Positions 28,708 to 38,629 of a stretch of DNA of 51,264 nt are shown here, piece after piece (the stretch's first letter is position 1; the number at the start of each line of letters is the position of its first letter). The notes under the pieces are model-generated. The model worked only from the letters and a program-made list of their open reading frames with translations, was not told the origin of the DNA and searched no databases. The position numbers and the translations under genes are program-made. Location: contig DASZEU010000238.1 of assembly GCA_035940535.1 (NCBI GenBank), positions 1-51,264 of the forward strand, given 5' to 3'. The stretch comes from Candidatus Angelobacter sp. (GTDB taxonomy: Bacteria; Acidobacteriota; Terriglobia; Terriglobales; Acidobacteriaceae).

Positions 28708-28714
28708 GGCCTCT

Positions 28715-28900
28715 CTGTTTTCCTTTGCGTCGGGATTTGATTCTCCTCTGCGTCCTTTGTACTACTATCAATCAAATTCTTCTCGTGCCGCGACAATTTT
28801 CTTACTTTCCCTTCGTATCCTTGGTGTTTTCTTCGTGTTCCTTTGTGGTGAAGATGTCGGTTTTCCTTTGCGGCCTTCGCGTCCCTTGCGGTGAAAAGTT
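28715..28900. repeat. Array of about 6 same-orientation CCTTyGyGG-family units inside an operon
   Basis: For example ttttcctttgcggccttcgcgtcccttgcggtgaaaag (28861-28898) and ttttcttcgtgttcctttgtggtgaag (28827-28853). Fills the 203-bp gap between the kinase and regulator genes. Confidence 0.75.
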
Positions 28901-28910
28901 CGTGGCTCTG

Positions 28911-29990
28911 CTACGCTGTGGTGAACGCTGTTGATCTCTCTGCCGGCAAACTAATTTCAACCCGGAAGCAATTCCCCTCCGGCCGCGCAGTAAAGGCGGA
29001 TTGATTTCCGTAGCGCGCATCCAGCCGCTGGCGGACGTTCCGTAATCCAGTGCCTGTGCCACGGCGCGGTGGCATGTCCGGGTCAAAGTTGTTCTCAATC
29101 AGGATTACCAGATCCGGCGGCCCATCCCGGCAGGAAATAGCAATCTTGATCCATCCGCCTGCGGTGAGGTTGGAGATGCCATGCGCGATGGCATTCTCCA
29201 CTAACGGCTGGAGCAACAACGGAGGCACAAGGCACTCCAGAGTTTCAGGTTCGATCTTCTCTTCCAGGTTCAGGCGAGAGCCGAAGCGGATCTTCTCCAC
29301 CGACAGGAATGAATGCACAAGAAAAAGCTCGTCGCGCAGCGGAATCAACGTTTTTTCTCCCATGCCCAGAGTTGCCCTTAGAAAATCGGCCAGTACGACA
29401 CACATCTCCCGCGCTTTGGCTGCATCAATGGCGGTGAGCGCGCTGATGGAGTGGAGACTATTGAAGAGGAAGTGAGGATTGATCTGGGCCTTGAGGGCCC
29501 GCAGCTCTGAATCGCGGGCCATGACGCGAGCTTCCATCTCTCGCTGCTCAGCCTCACGTGACGCTTCAGTTGAGATCAGAACGTAATGAAGCGCCACCGA
29601 CAGCAGGTACAGCAGCACTCCGCTTCCAAACAAGAGCGGATACCCTGGCGCAATCTGCTGGTCGAGTCCGTGAAATGTCGCCAGCGTAGAAAGAGCCAGC
29701 GCCAGACCTTTAGCCATCAGCGTCCACAGTGCGCTCACCACCATGGCCGCCGTAAGATGAGTTAAAACCAAGCGAGAGAAGCCAGCGGTCTGCAGCGGAG
29801 TGCCTCGGCACGGGTACCACGCCGACAGGCAGATAAAGGCGTAGATCAGACACAACGGCACAACCAGGACCAACGCCTTCGGCCAACTCAATCCTGTTGG
29901 AGCGGCCAGCAGGAGCAGTATCCCGCCCAAGGGGACCCAGGCTAGAAGATAGAGTGCGAGCCGCCGGAATTGACCAAGAATCGGATGCAT
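28911..29990 (-). CDS. LytS/YehU-type sensor histidine kinase
   Basis: Multi-TM N-terminus. His_kinase motif INPHFLFNSLHSI. HATPase region (NAIAHG...GTGTGLRNV). Confidence 0.9.
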   Translation of the reverse strand: MHPILGQFRRLALYLLAWVPLGGILLLLAAPTGLSWPKALVLVVPLCLIYAFICLSAWYPCRGTPLQTAGFSRLVLTHLTAAMVVSALWTLMAKGLALALSTLATFHGLDQQIAPGYPLLFGSGVLLYLLSVALHYVLISTEASREAEQREMEARVMARDSELRALKAQINPHFLFNSLHSISALTAIDAAKAREMCVVLADFLRATLGMGEKTLIPLRDELFLVHSFLSVEKIRFGSRLNLEEKIEPETLECLVPPLLLQPLVENAIAHGISNLTAGGWIKIAISCRDGPPDLVILIENNFDPDMPPRRGTGTGLRNVRQRLDARYGNQSAFTARPEGNCFRVEISLPAERSTAFTTA

Positions 29991-29993
29991 AGA

Positions 29994-30734
29994 TCAGCGC
30001 GGGTTCCTGATTACAACTCCTCCAAATACGGCAGCGCCCTTGATATGCAAGGTCCTGGTAGGCTCAGAAGCATGGCGGGTTTGGTCTTCAAAGGCCCCGA
30101 AAACCCCCGCGCCCTCCACCACCACCGCCCAGGTCTCCGGGACGATGATTTCACCACCACCAAACACGGCATTGACCTCCATCACAACTTCGTTGCCCTC
30201 CAGGTCGGAACGGGTCAAATCAATTTTGAATCCGCCAAAGACTGCGGTAATTTTTCCGCCGCGAAAGTTTTTTGAATCCACTTTTCTGTCGGTACCGGAG
30301 AAGATATAGACCGAGTTGAATTCGGAGGCCGTTGAGGCCGTTGAACGCGATGTCCCCGCCGGAGATTTTTCTCTTAAGGCATTCCAGAGCAAGGCGGCGC
30401 CGGCGAAAATGATGAAGAGTGGCCACATATCCTGCAACCTTAGAAGGCCCAGTTTACTTAATTGGACGAGCACACCTGCCAAAACAAGTCCTGCACCCGA
30501 CATGCGTTCGCGTCCCTGGCGGAACAGCATCTGCGCCAACCCAGCCACAATCAAAATCGAGGGCCAAAAGTTAAATAAGAACCTTGGTGGAAGCAAGCCT
30601 AATTGATTGAGTAATAAGACCACTCCTACGCCAATAATGATGAGAGCGGTAACGATTGTCCCTTTGCGTACGTCAGCAAAACCATCCGTGATCACTTCCT
30701 CGCGCTTACTCTGGAGATCAGAATCGGAATTCAT
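29994..30734 (-). CDS. LiaF-like (DUF2154-type) membrane protein
   Basis: N-terminal TM pairs. C-terminal repetitive beta pattern (GGKITAVFGGFKIDL...VNAVFGGGEIIVP...GAGVFGAFED). Confidence 0.75.
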   Translation of the reverse strand: MNSDSDLQSKREEVITDGFADVRKGTIVTALIIIGVGVVLLLNQLGLLPPRFLFNFWPSILIVAGLAQMLFRQGRERMSGAGLVLAGVLVQLSKLGLLRLQDMWPLFIIFAGAALLWNALREKSPAGTSRSTASTASEFNSVYIFSGTDRKVDSKNFRGGKITAVFGGFKIDLTRSDLEGNEVVMEVNAVFGGGEIIVPETWAVVVEGAGVFGAFEDQTRHASEPTRTLHIKGAAVFGGVVIRNPR

Positions 30735-30994
30735 TGTTCACCTCGTTGTGCATCTGTGAATTGGGACTGTTTTGTTTCACAGGAACGCGCCGCCGGAGCA
30801 CGGTCCGCAAAAAGTAAAACCACACCTGCCACAATCAGCAGCAGAGGCCACCACTGCACCCAGGCATGAAGCATGGGAAAATGCAGTCTGGAGATGATGG
30901 TTTCAAGTTTACTCTCGAACAATGCTGTGCCAATGGCCACCACAAAGCCCGCAGCAAAGGCTTCGTTATCGAATTGCTGATTGCCAGCCGCCAT
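30731..30994 (-). CDS. Small two-TM membrane protein
   Basis: 87 aa with WWPLLLIVAGVVLLF. Its stop overlaps the LiaF-like start by 4 nt. Confidence 0.55.
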   Translation of the reverse strand: MAAGNQQFDNEAFAAGFVVAIGTALFESKLETIISRLHFPMLHAWVQWWPLLLIVAGVVLLFADRAPAARSCETKQSQFTDAQRGEQ

Positions 30995-31107
30995 GTTGTC
31001 CTCCTCCGTTCCGCTTCGATTGACAGCCTAGCCGGTACATTCGGGCGTTACCTCAGTTTTTCGGCGAATAGCGGCGGAATACCGGCGAACGACGGCTCTT
31101 AAGCGGA

Positions 31108-31151
31108 TTTTTGCCGCCAAGGGCGCGAGGTGGCGCAAAGGAAACCAAAAG
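31108..31151. repeat. CCTTyGyGG-family repeat (reverse orientation)
   Basis: The reverse complement reads cctttgcgc cacctcgcg cccttggcg gcaaaa (9-bp units). Confidence 0.5.
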
Positions 31152-31342
31152 CTCACCGGAAGAGAGCATATTATTGGGCTTCAAGTCGAATCAAAACTAA
31201 AGCCCAAGATGCGCAAAGTAGAAGTATTTTTGCGCAAGAATATAGATTTTGTACGATCTGTGAAGGCGCGTCGTATCATCTCTTAGGTTAACCTTTGCGT
31301 GCGGCGGTCTAACACTTCAGGAAGAGGAAACAAAAGCTGCCA

Positions 31343-32485
31343 ATGGATGACACTCCCAAAATTGAACTGGTCCGTGAATCCGACGATCAAGAGATCAAAG
31401 TCGCAGGACCAACCGCACGAGCTCGCATCGACCATTGGCTCTCAACCCTGGTCGAACGCGGTGGCAGTGATCTGTTGCTGGTTCCTGGGGTTCCGGCCTG
31501 TATTCGCTTGGAAGGCGAGGTGCTCAATATTGAAGCTCGTCCGCTGAACGGCCCGGAGATTGAGGCGGCGGTTTCTGTCGCGCTCTCACCTCATGCGTTG
31601 CGAGTCTTTAAGGAAGCTGGCATTGCCGACTCTTCCTATCGCATCTCTGGCGTTGGACGCTTCCGAATCAACTTGCACCGCGAACGCGGCCGCACAGCCG
31701 CCTCGATTCGTGCTTTGCCCACCAAAATACCTTCCCTCCACGAGCTTCATCTGCCGCCGAGCGTGGAATCTCTCGCCCACCTTCCCCGCGGACTGGTGCT
31801 GATCGGCGGCCCGGCAGGCTCTGGCAAATCCACTACCATGGCGGCTTTGATTCATGAGATCAACCGCCGCGAGGCACGCCACATTCTCACGATTGAAGAC
31901 CCAATCGAGTATGAACACACTCATCTGCGCAGCGTGGTCGAACAGGTCGAGATCGGCATCGATGCACCCGACTTCCCTACCGCGCTACGTGCGGCGCTCC
32001 GACAGGCCCCCGACGTTCTAGTAGTAGGCGAGATGCGCGACCCGGAAACCATGCGCATCGCGGTGGCCGCCGCCGAGACCGGACATCTGGTCTTTTCCAC
32101 CCTGCACACCACCGATGTAGCTTCGACCATCTCGCGCATCTCCGATTCTTTCCCGGCGGAACGGCAAAACACCATCCGCCAGGAGTTAGCGATGGCGCTA
32201 GCGGCAGTTCATACCCAGATCTTGCTACCCAGCAAGCTCGGCGGACGTGTCCCCGCAGCCGAATTACTGCTCGTCGGATACGGCACCCGCCAGCACATAA
32301 GGCGCAACGCACTCCAGCATCTCCATCAGGAAATCACCATGACCAAGAAAAGCGGCTCCTTCAGTCTGGAAGAATCGCTAACCGATTTGCTGGTCCAGGG
32401 ACATATCGGACGCGAAGATGCGTTACTCTATGCTGTGCATCCTGATGATCTGGATACGCTGATGAAGGCTAAAGGACGAAAGTAA
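31343..32485 (+). CDS. pilT: Type IV pilus retraction ATPase PilT/PilU family
   Basis: Walker A GPAGSGKST. Asp/His boxes (ILTIEDPIEY, VVGEMRD, GHLVFSTLHT). Confidence 0.93.
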   Translation: MDDTPKIELVRESDDQEIKVAGPTARARIDHWLSTLVERGGSDLLLVPGVPACIRLEGEVLNIEARPLNGPEIEAAVSVALSPHALRVFKEAGIADSSYRISGVGRFRINLHRERGRTAASIRALPTKIPSLHELHLPPSVESLAHLPRGLVLIGGPAGSGKSTTMAALIHEINRREARHILTIEDPIEYEHTHLRSVVEQVEIGIDAPDFPTALRAALRQAPDVLVVGEMRDPETMRIAVAAAETGHLVFSTLHTTDVASTISRISDSFPAERQNTIRQELAMALAAVHTQILLPSKLGGRVPAAELLLVGYGTRQHIRRNALQHLHQEITMTKKSGSFSLEESLTDLLVQGHIGREDALLYAVHPDDLDTLMKAKGRK

Positions 32486-32571
32486 GGTTCTTCACAATTA
32501 TTCCGAGAAACCGTTCAGCCGAGTGATGAGATGAGGCTGCGTGTCTGAGTAGTAGGCCATTTAGCGTGAAG

Positions 32572-32634
32572 GCGTGTATCAGGGCATGATTTTAGTCGTG
32601 CCGAAAAAGCCTTTTATGTATAGGGCTTTAGCCC
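32572..32634 (+). repeat. ~63-bp dispersed repeat, copy 1
   Basis: gcgtgtatcagggcatgattttagtcgtgccgaaaaagccttttatgtatagggctttagccc. Roughly 85-90% identical by eye to 42392-42454, same orientation. Internal aaagcc/ggcttt hairpin. Confidence 0.8.
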
Positions 32635-32787
32635 TTGCGCAGTTGCGCTGAAACTGTTGCAACAATTTCAACATGACCACTGCCCAGGCTTGTGATAATT
32701 CCCTTTTGATAGTTCCTTTTCGGTATTCTATAGATCATCAGAACCAGTTAACTACGCGCCCAAATATGGCCAAGGAACGAAATAAGG

Positions 32788-33789
32788 ATGCCGCCCAAAA
32801 AGGTGACTATAGCAACAGTTGACATTGAGGTGAAGGAAGGCGACGCACTTGCAGAACAAGCTGACGTGCTTGTTCTGAAGCACGCTCAGGCGCTGTATGG
32901 CGTGGATGCCCTGGTGGTCGATGCTCTTCGAACTGCAGGTAGAAATATTCAACTGCCTGAGCCATGGGGAGCTTGTCTTGAAGATTCATTGCCAGCTATT
33001 AAAGCCTCACGCCTCCTCTTTATCGGAGTTCCACCACTGCTTGAGTTTGGTTATCGAGAAATTCGCACTTTCGCCCTGCATGCAATTGCTACTTTGGCTG
33101 AAAAACTTCCCAAGACAAGACATGTCCTCCTAACAGTTCACGGACCCGGCTATGGCTTGGATGAGATCGAGGCTTTTGAGGCAGAGCTAGCGGGGTTAGT
33201 TGACGCTGTCCGCGCCGGTAATTATCCCGAGGCGCTTCAGAGAATTACGATCATTGAATTTGATTCCCGTCGCGCAAAACGCCTTGCGAAAACACTTGTC
33301 GGCTTGTTCCCTGAACATACCATAAGCAAGACCGGTGCTTCGGACCAGCCAGCGAGCGCCAAGACTATTGAAAGGTTGCGTGCCGCAGGGAACGCCTCTG
33401 ATGAGAAAGCACGCGTTTTTGTGGCCATGCCTTTCAAGGATGAGATGTATGACACCTACTACTACGGCATCGAGAAGCCGGTTAAGGCTGCGGGTCTTTT
33501 ATGCGAACGTGCGGATCTTACGACTTTCACGGGTGACGTCTTGGAGTGGGTACGATCGCGAATTCGCTCCGCCCATCTCGTTGTTGCGGATCTTACTGAT
33601 GCCAACCCGAACGTATATCTTGAGGTCGGTTACGCATGGGGTGTCGGCATTCCGACGGTCCTCGTCGTGAAGAGTACAGATCATCTCAAGTTCGACGTTC
33701 GCGGACAGAGATGCCTCGTATACAAGAAGATTAAAGAACTTGAGGACCTGCTCACGGTGGAATTGAAGCGCCTGCACATCGATACCTGA
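32788..33789 (+). CDS. Macro-like N-terminal domain + nucleoside-2-deoxyribosyltransferase/TIR-like C-terminal domain
   Basis: N-terminal macro-fold pattern (EGDALAEQADVLVLKHAQ; RLLFIGVPP; VLLTVHGPGYGLDEIEA; ITIIEFD). C-terminus VFVAMPF...HLVVADLTDANPNVYLEVGYAWGVGIPTVLV. Assigned by eye only. Confidence 0.7.
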   Translation: MPPKKVTIATVDIEVKEGDALAEQADVLVLKHAQALYGVDALVVDALRTAGRNIQLPEPWGACLEDSLPAIKASRLLFIGVPPLLEFGYREIRTFALHAIATLAEKLPKTRHVLLTVHGPGYGLDEIEAFEAELAGLVDAVRAGNYPEALQRITIIEFDSRRAKRLAKTLVGLFPEHTISKTGASDQPASAKTIERLRAAGNASDEKARVFVAMPFKDEMYDTYYYGIEKPVKAAGLLCERADLTTFTGDVLEWVRSRIRSAHLVVADLTDANPNVYLEVGYAWGVGIPTVLVVKSTDHLKFDVRGQRCLVYKKIKELEDLLTVELKRLHIDT

Positions 33790-33909
33790 GGCCGCCTCTT
33801 GCAATATGCACGCGCCCACTCAAGCTCAGGTACGTTCTTGTGCTCAATGGCACTTTCAATTCGTTTCAGTTCCTTAAAGCGCGTCACGCTGTCCTCTCTC
33901 CACTGTAGG

Positions 33910-35145
33910 CTACTGCGCCCGCGTTGAAGCCTTCGTCATTTTCTTCAGCGTAACTGGAATCGAGGTTCGCGCCACAAGAGTGCCGCTAATCTCGGTGCCA
34001 TCCTGGTTGAGTGTTCCTTTGAATAGTGGTTGAGTCATCTCAGCGCCCCACGCAGCAAACTCGATCTGCTGACCATCTTGCTTGATAGAGCTGTAAGTGA
34101 TCGTGGCGCCTTTCTGTCCGGACTTTGGTTCGATAATCTCCATCTTGGCCAGCACCGTATGATCGGGCAGGTTTTTTAAGTGAAGAACATATTGAAGTGT
34201 TGCTCCGTTCGGCGCCTCGACGGTTGCTTGCCAGTCCCCTTCCAGTTGCTTGGAGACCGCCGGGCCGCGATGGGACATCTCTGGCCGGGCTTTGACTTCG
34301 CGTCTCTTCTCCGGTGGCAGCAGTGTGGCAACCCGGGTTTTCATGTTGTAGCGATCGCCAGGGATGAGTTCCAGGTAGGAGACCCCATCGTGAGTCTTCC
34401 CATCGGTCACCAGCACCACGCTCCTGCCGGTAACTTCAAATTCGTCGCCGGTAACCACGATGCCGGCGCTGGCATCCAGCCCGATGCCTAGTAAACCAGG
34501 GTGGTCAGCAACCACCGCCGTCAATTGCTCTTCGGCCGACCTTTGCACCACGTGCGCGTTCACAGCAACATCCTTAAGAAATCCAAATCCACGGTCGTGG
34601 CCGGGAACGACCAGGTGGCGGTCACCGTCGGTGGTTGCTCCATGCAACATCAAGGTCCCCATGACCGCGGCGCCTGCCGAATCTCCGCCAATCACGCCAC
34701 CGCGCTGGAGCAAAGCCTCGAATTCGCGTTGTGCGCGTGTTCCCAGGTAAGGCTCCACTAATTGCCCTGCCTTGCCTCCGGAAAACCAGATTCCCGTGGC
34801 CCGCCGTAACGGCGCAACGAACTCCTCCGAGTCGGCTATCTTACGGTCTCGGGTGTGTACCACCACAAGATCTTGCACGCCAAAAACCGGCTTGAGCTGC
34901 TCCACCAAACGCTTGAAAGCTTCTGACGTAATCTGTTCTTCGCCCGCCGCTGTAGGAATTAAAACAATGTGAGCATGGGTGCCCCCGGCCAGCGCCGCAA
35001 AACGTTGCGCAACTTCCGGGACCGGCATCGCTGCGCCACCTTCGAGCACCAGAGTTCCTTTCGATGGACCATTCGTCCATGCGAGCGGCCCAATGACAAA
35101 GAGCGAAATAAATGACGCGACCAAGAGCTTTGGCATCTTTCCCAT
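33910..35145 (-). CDS. Secreted peptidase S51 (cyanophycinase-like) with extra C-terminal domain
   Basis: Signal peptide. VLIPTAAGEE...WFSGGKAGQL...IGGDSAGAAVMG (Ser nucleophile context). About 130-aa unassigned C-terminal domain. Confidence 0.8.
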   Translation of the reverse strand: MGKMPKLLVASFISLFVIGPLAWTNGPSKGTLVLEGGAAMPVPEVAQRFAALAGGTHAHIVLIPTAAGEEQITSEAFKRLVEQLKPVFGVQDLVVVHTRDRKIADSEEFVAPLRRATGIWFSGGKAGQLVEPYLGTRAQREFEALLQRGGVIGGDSAGAAVMGTLMLHGATTDGDRHLVVPGHDRGFGFLKDVAVNAHVVQRSAEEQLTAVVADHPGLLGIGLDASAGIVVTGDEFEVTGRSVVLVTDGKTHDGVSYLELIPGDRYNMKTRVATLLPPEKRREVKARPEMSHRGPAVSKQLEGDWQATVEAPNGATLQYVLHLKNLPDHTVLAKMEIIEPKSGQKGATITYSSIKQDGQQIEFAAWGAEMTQPLFKGTLNQDGTEISGTLVARTSIPVTLKKMTKASTRAQ

Positions 35146-35438
35146 TGGGTCTCCCCTTTGCTTCAGATACGTCTTAAAACTAAATCGGTTGTGCGAATGC
35201 GCTGTCGTCGATACTTAGACACCTGAGGCCACGGGTTTGTTCCGATGTCGTGTCTCGAAAATCACATGGTTATACTGCTAACTATAGGCACACTCAATCG
35301 CCGCGATTTCGAGACCTGATGCGGATAGTCGAGCGTGTTTCCAAAATAGGGTTAGATCAAAACAGGTGGAAGCCCAGGACTTCAGTCCGGGGAGTGGACT
35401 ATTTAGAGTCCGCGAAAATCGAGGCTCGCATCGGGGCA

Positions 35439-36044
35439 CTATTGCAGATGATTCAAAAACGTACACCTGCTCTTCTCATATTCCTCGATCTGTTTCAAAC
35501 ACTTCAAGGTCGCGCCGATCTCATCCGTTCCTTCCAGCAGGCAGCTCCGCTGGAAAGGATCCATCTGAAAATTGCACAAGAAACCATCCTGGGCCGACAC
35601 TGTGCATTGCTCGAGATCGATCTTCAAACTAAAGGACCCAGATGTAGCCCGCGCCATGAATTCGGCGATGTCAGCAGGCGAGAGGACCACTGGCACCAGC
35701 CCATTCTTGACGCAATTGGTCGAAAAGATATCGGCAAAGGAAGCGGCGATCACAACGCGGAATCCATAATCGCGCAACGCCCATACCGCATGCTCGCGTG
35801 AGGAGCCGCAGCCAAAATTTTTCCCGGCGAGCAGAATTGTTGCTCTCCGAGAAGCAGGCTGGTTGAGTGAGAACTCCGGGTTTGGAACTCCCTTGCTATC
35901 GAAGCGCCAATCAAAAAAGAGAAAGTCTCCATAGCCGGTGCGCTCAATGCGTTTCAGGAACTGCTTGGGAATGATCTGGTCGGTATCCACATTCTCCCGC
36001 TGTAGTGGAGCTACGATGCCGGTATGACTTTTGAACGGTTGCAT
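35439..36044 (-). CDS. leuD: 3-isopropylmalate dehydratase small subunit
   Basis: DTDQIIPKQFL...GKNFGCGSSREHA pattern. Confidence 0.95.
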   Translation of the reverse strand: MQPFKSHTGIVAPLQRENVDTDQIIPKQFLKRIERTGYGDFLFFDWRFDSKGVPNPEFSLNQPASRRATILLAGKNFGCGSSREHAVWALRDYGFRVVIAASFADIFSTNCVKNGLVPVVLSPADIAEFMARATSGSFSLKIDLEQCTVSAQDGFLCNFQMDPFQRSCLLEGTDEIGATLKCLKQIEEYEKSRCTFLNHLQ

Positions 36045-36047
36045 TTG

Positions 36048-37460
36048 CTAGTCCTTATAGTGCCAGCCGCGAATATCGGTGAAGCGGCCGGTGATGGCAG
36101 CCGCAGCCGCCATCGCTGGGCTAACCAGGTGGGTACGGCCGCCGGCCCCTTGGCGTCCTTCAAAATTGCGGTTGCTGGTTGAGGCACAACGCTCTTGCGG
36201 ATTCAACCGGTCAGGATTCATACCCAGGCACATGGAACAGCCCGGCTCACGCCACTCAAATCCGGCTTCCAGAAAAATCCTGCTCAGCCCTTCCTGCTCG
36301 GCTGCCTGCTTGACCCTTTGCGAACCCGGCACCACCATGGCCTTCACACGGCTGGAGATCCGATATCCCTTAATCACGCGCGCGGCAGCGCGAATGTCTT
36401 CCAGGCGCGCATTGGTGCACGACCCGATAAATACTCGGTCAATCGCAATTTCTTGCATGGGCGTACCTGGCCGCAAGCCCATGTACTCAAGCGCGCGCGC
36501 TATGCTGCTTCGTGTGGAATCGCTGGAAACTCGTTCAGGATCGGGAACGCGCTCCGTCACGGGAGTTGCCATCGCCGGATTTGTACCCCACGTAACAAAC
36601 GGCGCTAGCGCCCCACTGTCCATCTCCACCGTTGCATCGAACACGGCTCCCGGGTCGCTGTTGAGTTGACTCCAATAATTTTTTGCTTCTTCCCATCGAC
36701 TCGTGCTCGGAGCAAACCGTCGGTTCTTGAGATATCTGAAAGTGACATCATCCGGGCCAATCATGCCCGCCCGGGCGCCCGCTTCAATACTCATATTGCA
36801 GATGGTCATGCGCGACTCCATGGAGAGTGCGCGAATGGTGTCGCCAGCATACTCAATCACGTGCCCGGCTGCGCCGTCGACGCCGATTTTTGCAATCAGC
36901 CCCAGAATAAGGTCTTTGGCTGTGACGCCTGCGCCAAGTTCGCCGTCAAACTGCACCAGCATGGTCTTGGGCTTCTTCTGGAGCAAACATTGCGTGGCCA
37001 TCACGTGCTCCACCTCTGAAGTTCCAATGCCGAAAGCCAAGGCTCCAAAGGCGCCATGCGTGCTGGTGTGACTGTCGCCACACACAATGGTCATTCCCGG
37101 CTGAGTCAGGCCCAACTCCGGCCCAATCACGTGGACAATTCCCTGGTCCGGCGAATCCAGATCAAACAATGGCACTCCGAACTCGGCGCAGTTCTTCCGC
37201 AGAGCTTCAACTTGAGAACTCGCCAGCGCGTCGTTAATGATCATGCGATTGGTACTGGTAGGCACGTTATGGTCCAGCGTGGCAAAGGTCAGGTCAGGAC
37301 GACGAAGCTTTCGTCCCACCAGACGCAGACCCTCAAAGGCCTGCGGTGACGTGACCTCATGCAGCAGATGAAGATCGATATAGAGAAGCGCAGAACCTTG
37401 CGGTCCGGCGGAAACCGTGTGGTTGTCCCAGATCTTTTCGAACATTGAACGGGCTGCCAT
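36048..37460 (-). CDS. leuC: 3-isopropylmalate dehydratase large subunit
   Basis: MFEKIWDNH...VCGDSHT...[10 protein letters not shown]...[11 protein letters not shown] 37460 chosen because it lies 10 nt after the leuB stop. Confidence 0.95.
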   Translation of the reverse strand: MAARSMFEKIWDNHTVSAGPQGSALLYIDLHLLHEVTSPQAFEGLRLVGRKLRRPDLTFATLDHNVPTSTNRMIINDALASSQVEALRKNCAEFGVPLFDLDSPDQGIVHVIGPELGLTQPGMTIVCGDSHTSTHGAFGALAFGIGTSEVEHVMATQCLLQKKPKTMLVQFDGELGAGVTAKDLILGLIAKIGVDGAAGHVIEYAGDTIRALSMESRMTICNMSIEAGARAGMIGPDDVTFRYLKNRRFAPSTSRWEEAKNYWSQLNSDPGAVFDATVEMDSGALAPFVTWGTNPAMATPVTERVPDPERVSSDSTRSSIARALEYMGLRPGTPMQEIAIDRVFIGSCTNARLEDIRAAARVIKGYRISSRVKAMVVPGSQRVKQAAEQEGLSRIFLEAGFEWREPGCSMCLGMNPDRLNPQERCASTSNRNFEGRQGAGGRTHLVSPAMAAAAAITGRFTDIRGWHYKD

Positions 37461-37470
37461 GGTTGAATCC

Positions 37471-38586
37471 CTAGACTGCATGATACGAGAACCGCCGATC
37501 CAGCATGGAGACAAATGCCTGTTCCACCAGTTCTCCCATAGTACTTGTGCCTACGATGTGGCTCTTTGCGCCCACGTAGTCCGGACTCGCCAGATCGGGG
37601 GTGCGATATCCGTCTTCCAGCACCTTCTCGATGGCGAACTCCAGTTCATCGGCTTCACGGGGCATGCCCGCAGAGTGGCGCAACAACATGGCAGCCGAAG
37701 CGATGGCTCCCAAAGGATTTGCTGTGCCCTTGCCGGCTATGTCGGGGGCCGAGCCATGGACTGGTTCATAAAGGTTTACCGTGCCGCCCACGGTTGCCGA
37801 AGCCAGCATCCCTAGCGATCCGGTAATGGCCGCAGCTTCATCGGAAAGAATGTCGCCAAAAAGATTTTCCGTCAGGATCACGTCAAAGCGCGTGGGATTC
37901 GAGATCAGATGCATGGCACATGCATCCACGTAGACATGTTCCAGCTTCACCTCGGGATACACACTGCCAACGCGATTGACGGTCTCCCGCCATAACTGCG
38001 AGGTTTCCAACACATTGGCTTTATCGACGGATGTGAGCTTTTTGCGGCGGCTGCGGGCTTGTTCGAAAGCTATGTGGGCCACGCGCTCAATTTCTTCCAC
38101 GGAATATCGCATGGTATTGAAAGCGTGGCTCCGATCTTCAGCAAAGCCCCGAGGCTCAGAAAAATAGAGACCGCCCAGAAGCTCGCGGACAATCAGCACA
38201 TCTGCTCCCTCAACTCTCGATCGGCGAAGCGGCGAGCAATCTGCAATAGCGCTGAAAGAAACCGCAGGACGCAGATTGGCATAGCCGCCCAGGGCAGTCC
38301 GCAACTGAAGCAATCCGGCTTCCGGACGTTGAGTTCCGTTCAAATGATCAAACTCCGGTGCTCCAACCGCGCCCAGCAGCACGGCATCGCCGTTGAGGCA
38401 CGTATCCAGAGTCGCTTGCGGCAAAGGACTGCCCGTCTTGCGAATGGCCTCTCCACCAATAGGTCTCTCGACGAATTGGAATTCACAGTCATAAAACGCA
38501 TTGAGTGCGCACAACACCCGTACCGCCTCGCGGCATACTTCCGGTCCGATACCATCACCAGGGAGAACTGTTATTTGAAACCGCAT
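37471..38586 (-). CDS. leuB: 3-isopropylmalate dehydrogenase
   Basis: [17 protein letters not shown]...[15 protein letters not shown] 38586. Confidence 0.95.
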   Translation of the reverse strand: MRFQITVLPGDGIGPEVCREAVRVLCALNAFYDCEFQFVERPIGGEAIRKTGSPLPQATLDTCLNGDAVLLGAVGAPEFDHLNGTQRPEAGLLQLRTALGGYANLRPAVSFSAIADCSPLRRSRVEGADVLIVRELLGGLYFSEPRGFAEDRSHAFNTMRYSVEEIERVAHIAFEQARSRRKKLTSVDKANVLETSQLWRETVNRVGSVYPEVKLEHVYVDACAMHLISNPTRFDVILTENLFGDILSDEAAAITGSLGMLASATVGGTVNLYEPVHGSAPDIAGKGTANPLGAIASAAMLLRHSAGMPREADELEFAIEKVLEDGYRTPDLASPDYVGAKSHIVGTSTMGELVEQAFVSMLDRRFSYHAV

Positions 38587-38629
38587 TGATGTCCGACTTT
38601 CCTTGAGGTTGATAATGCTTAACAAAGGT

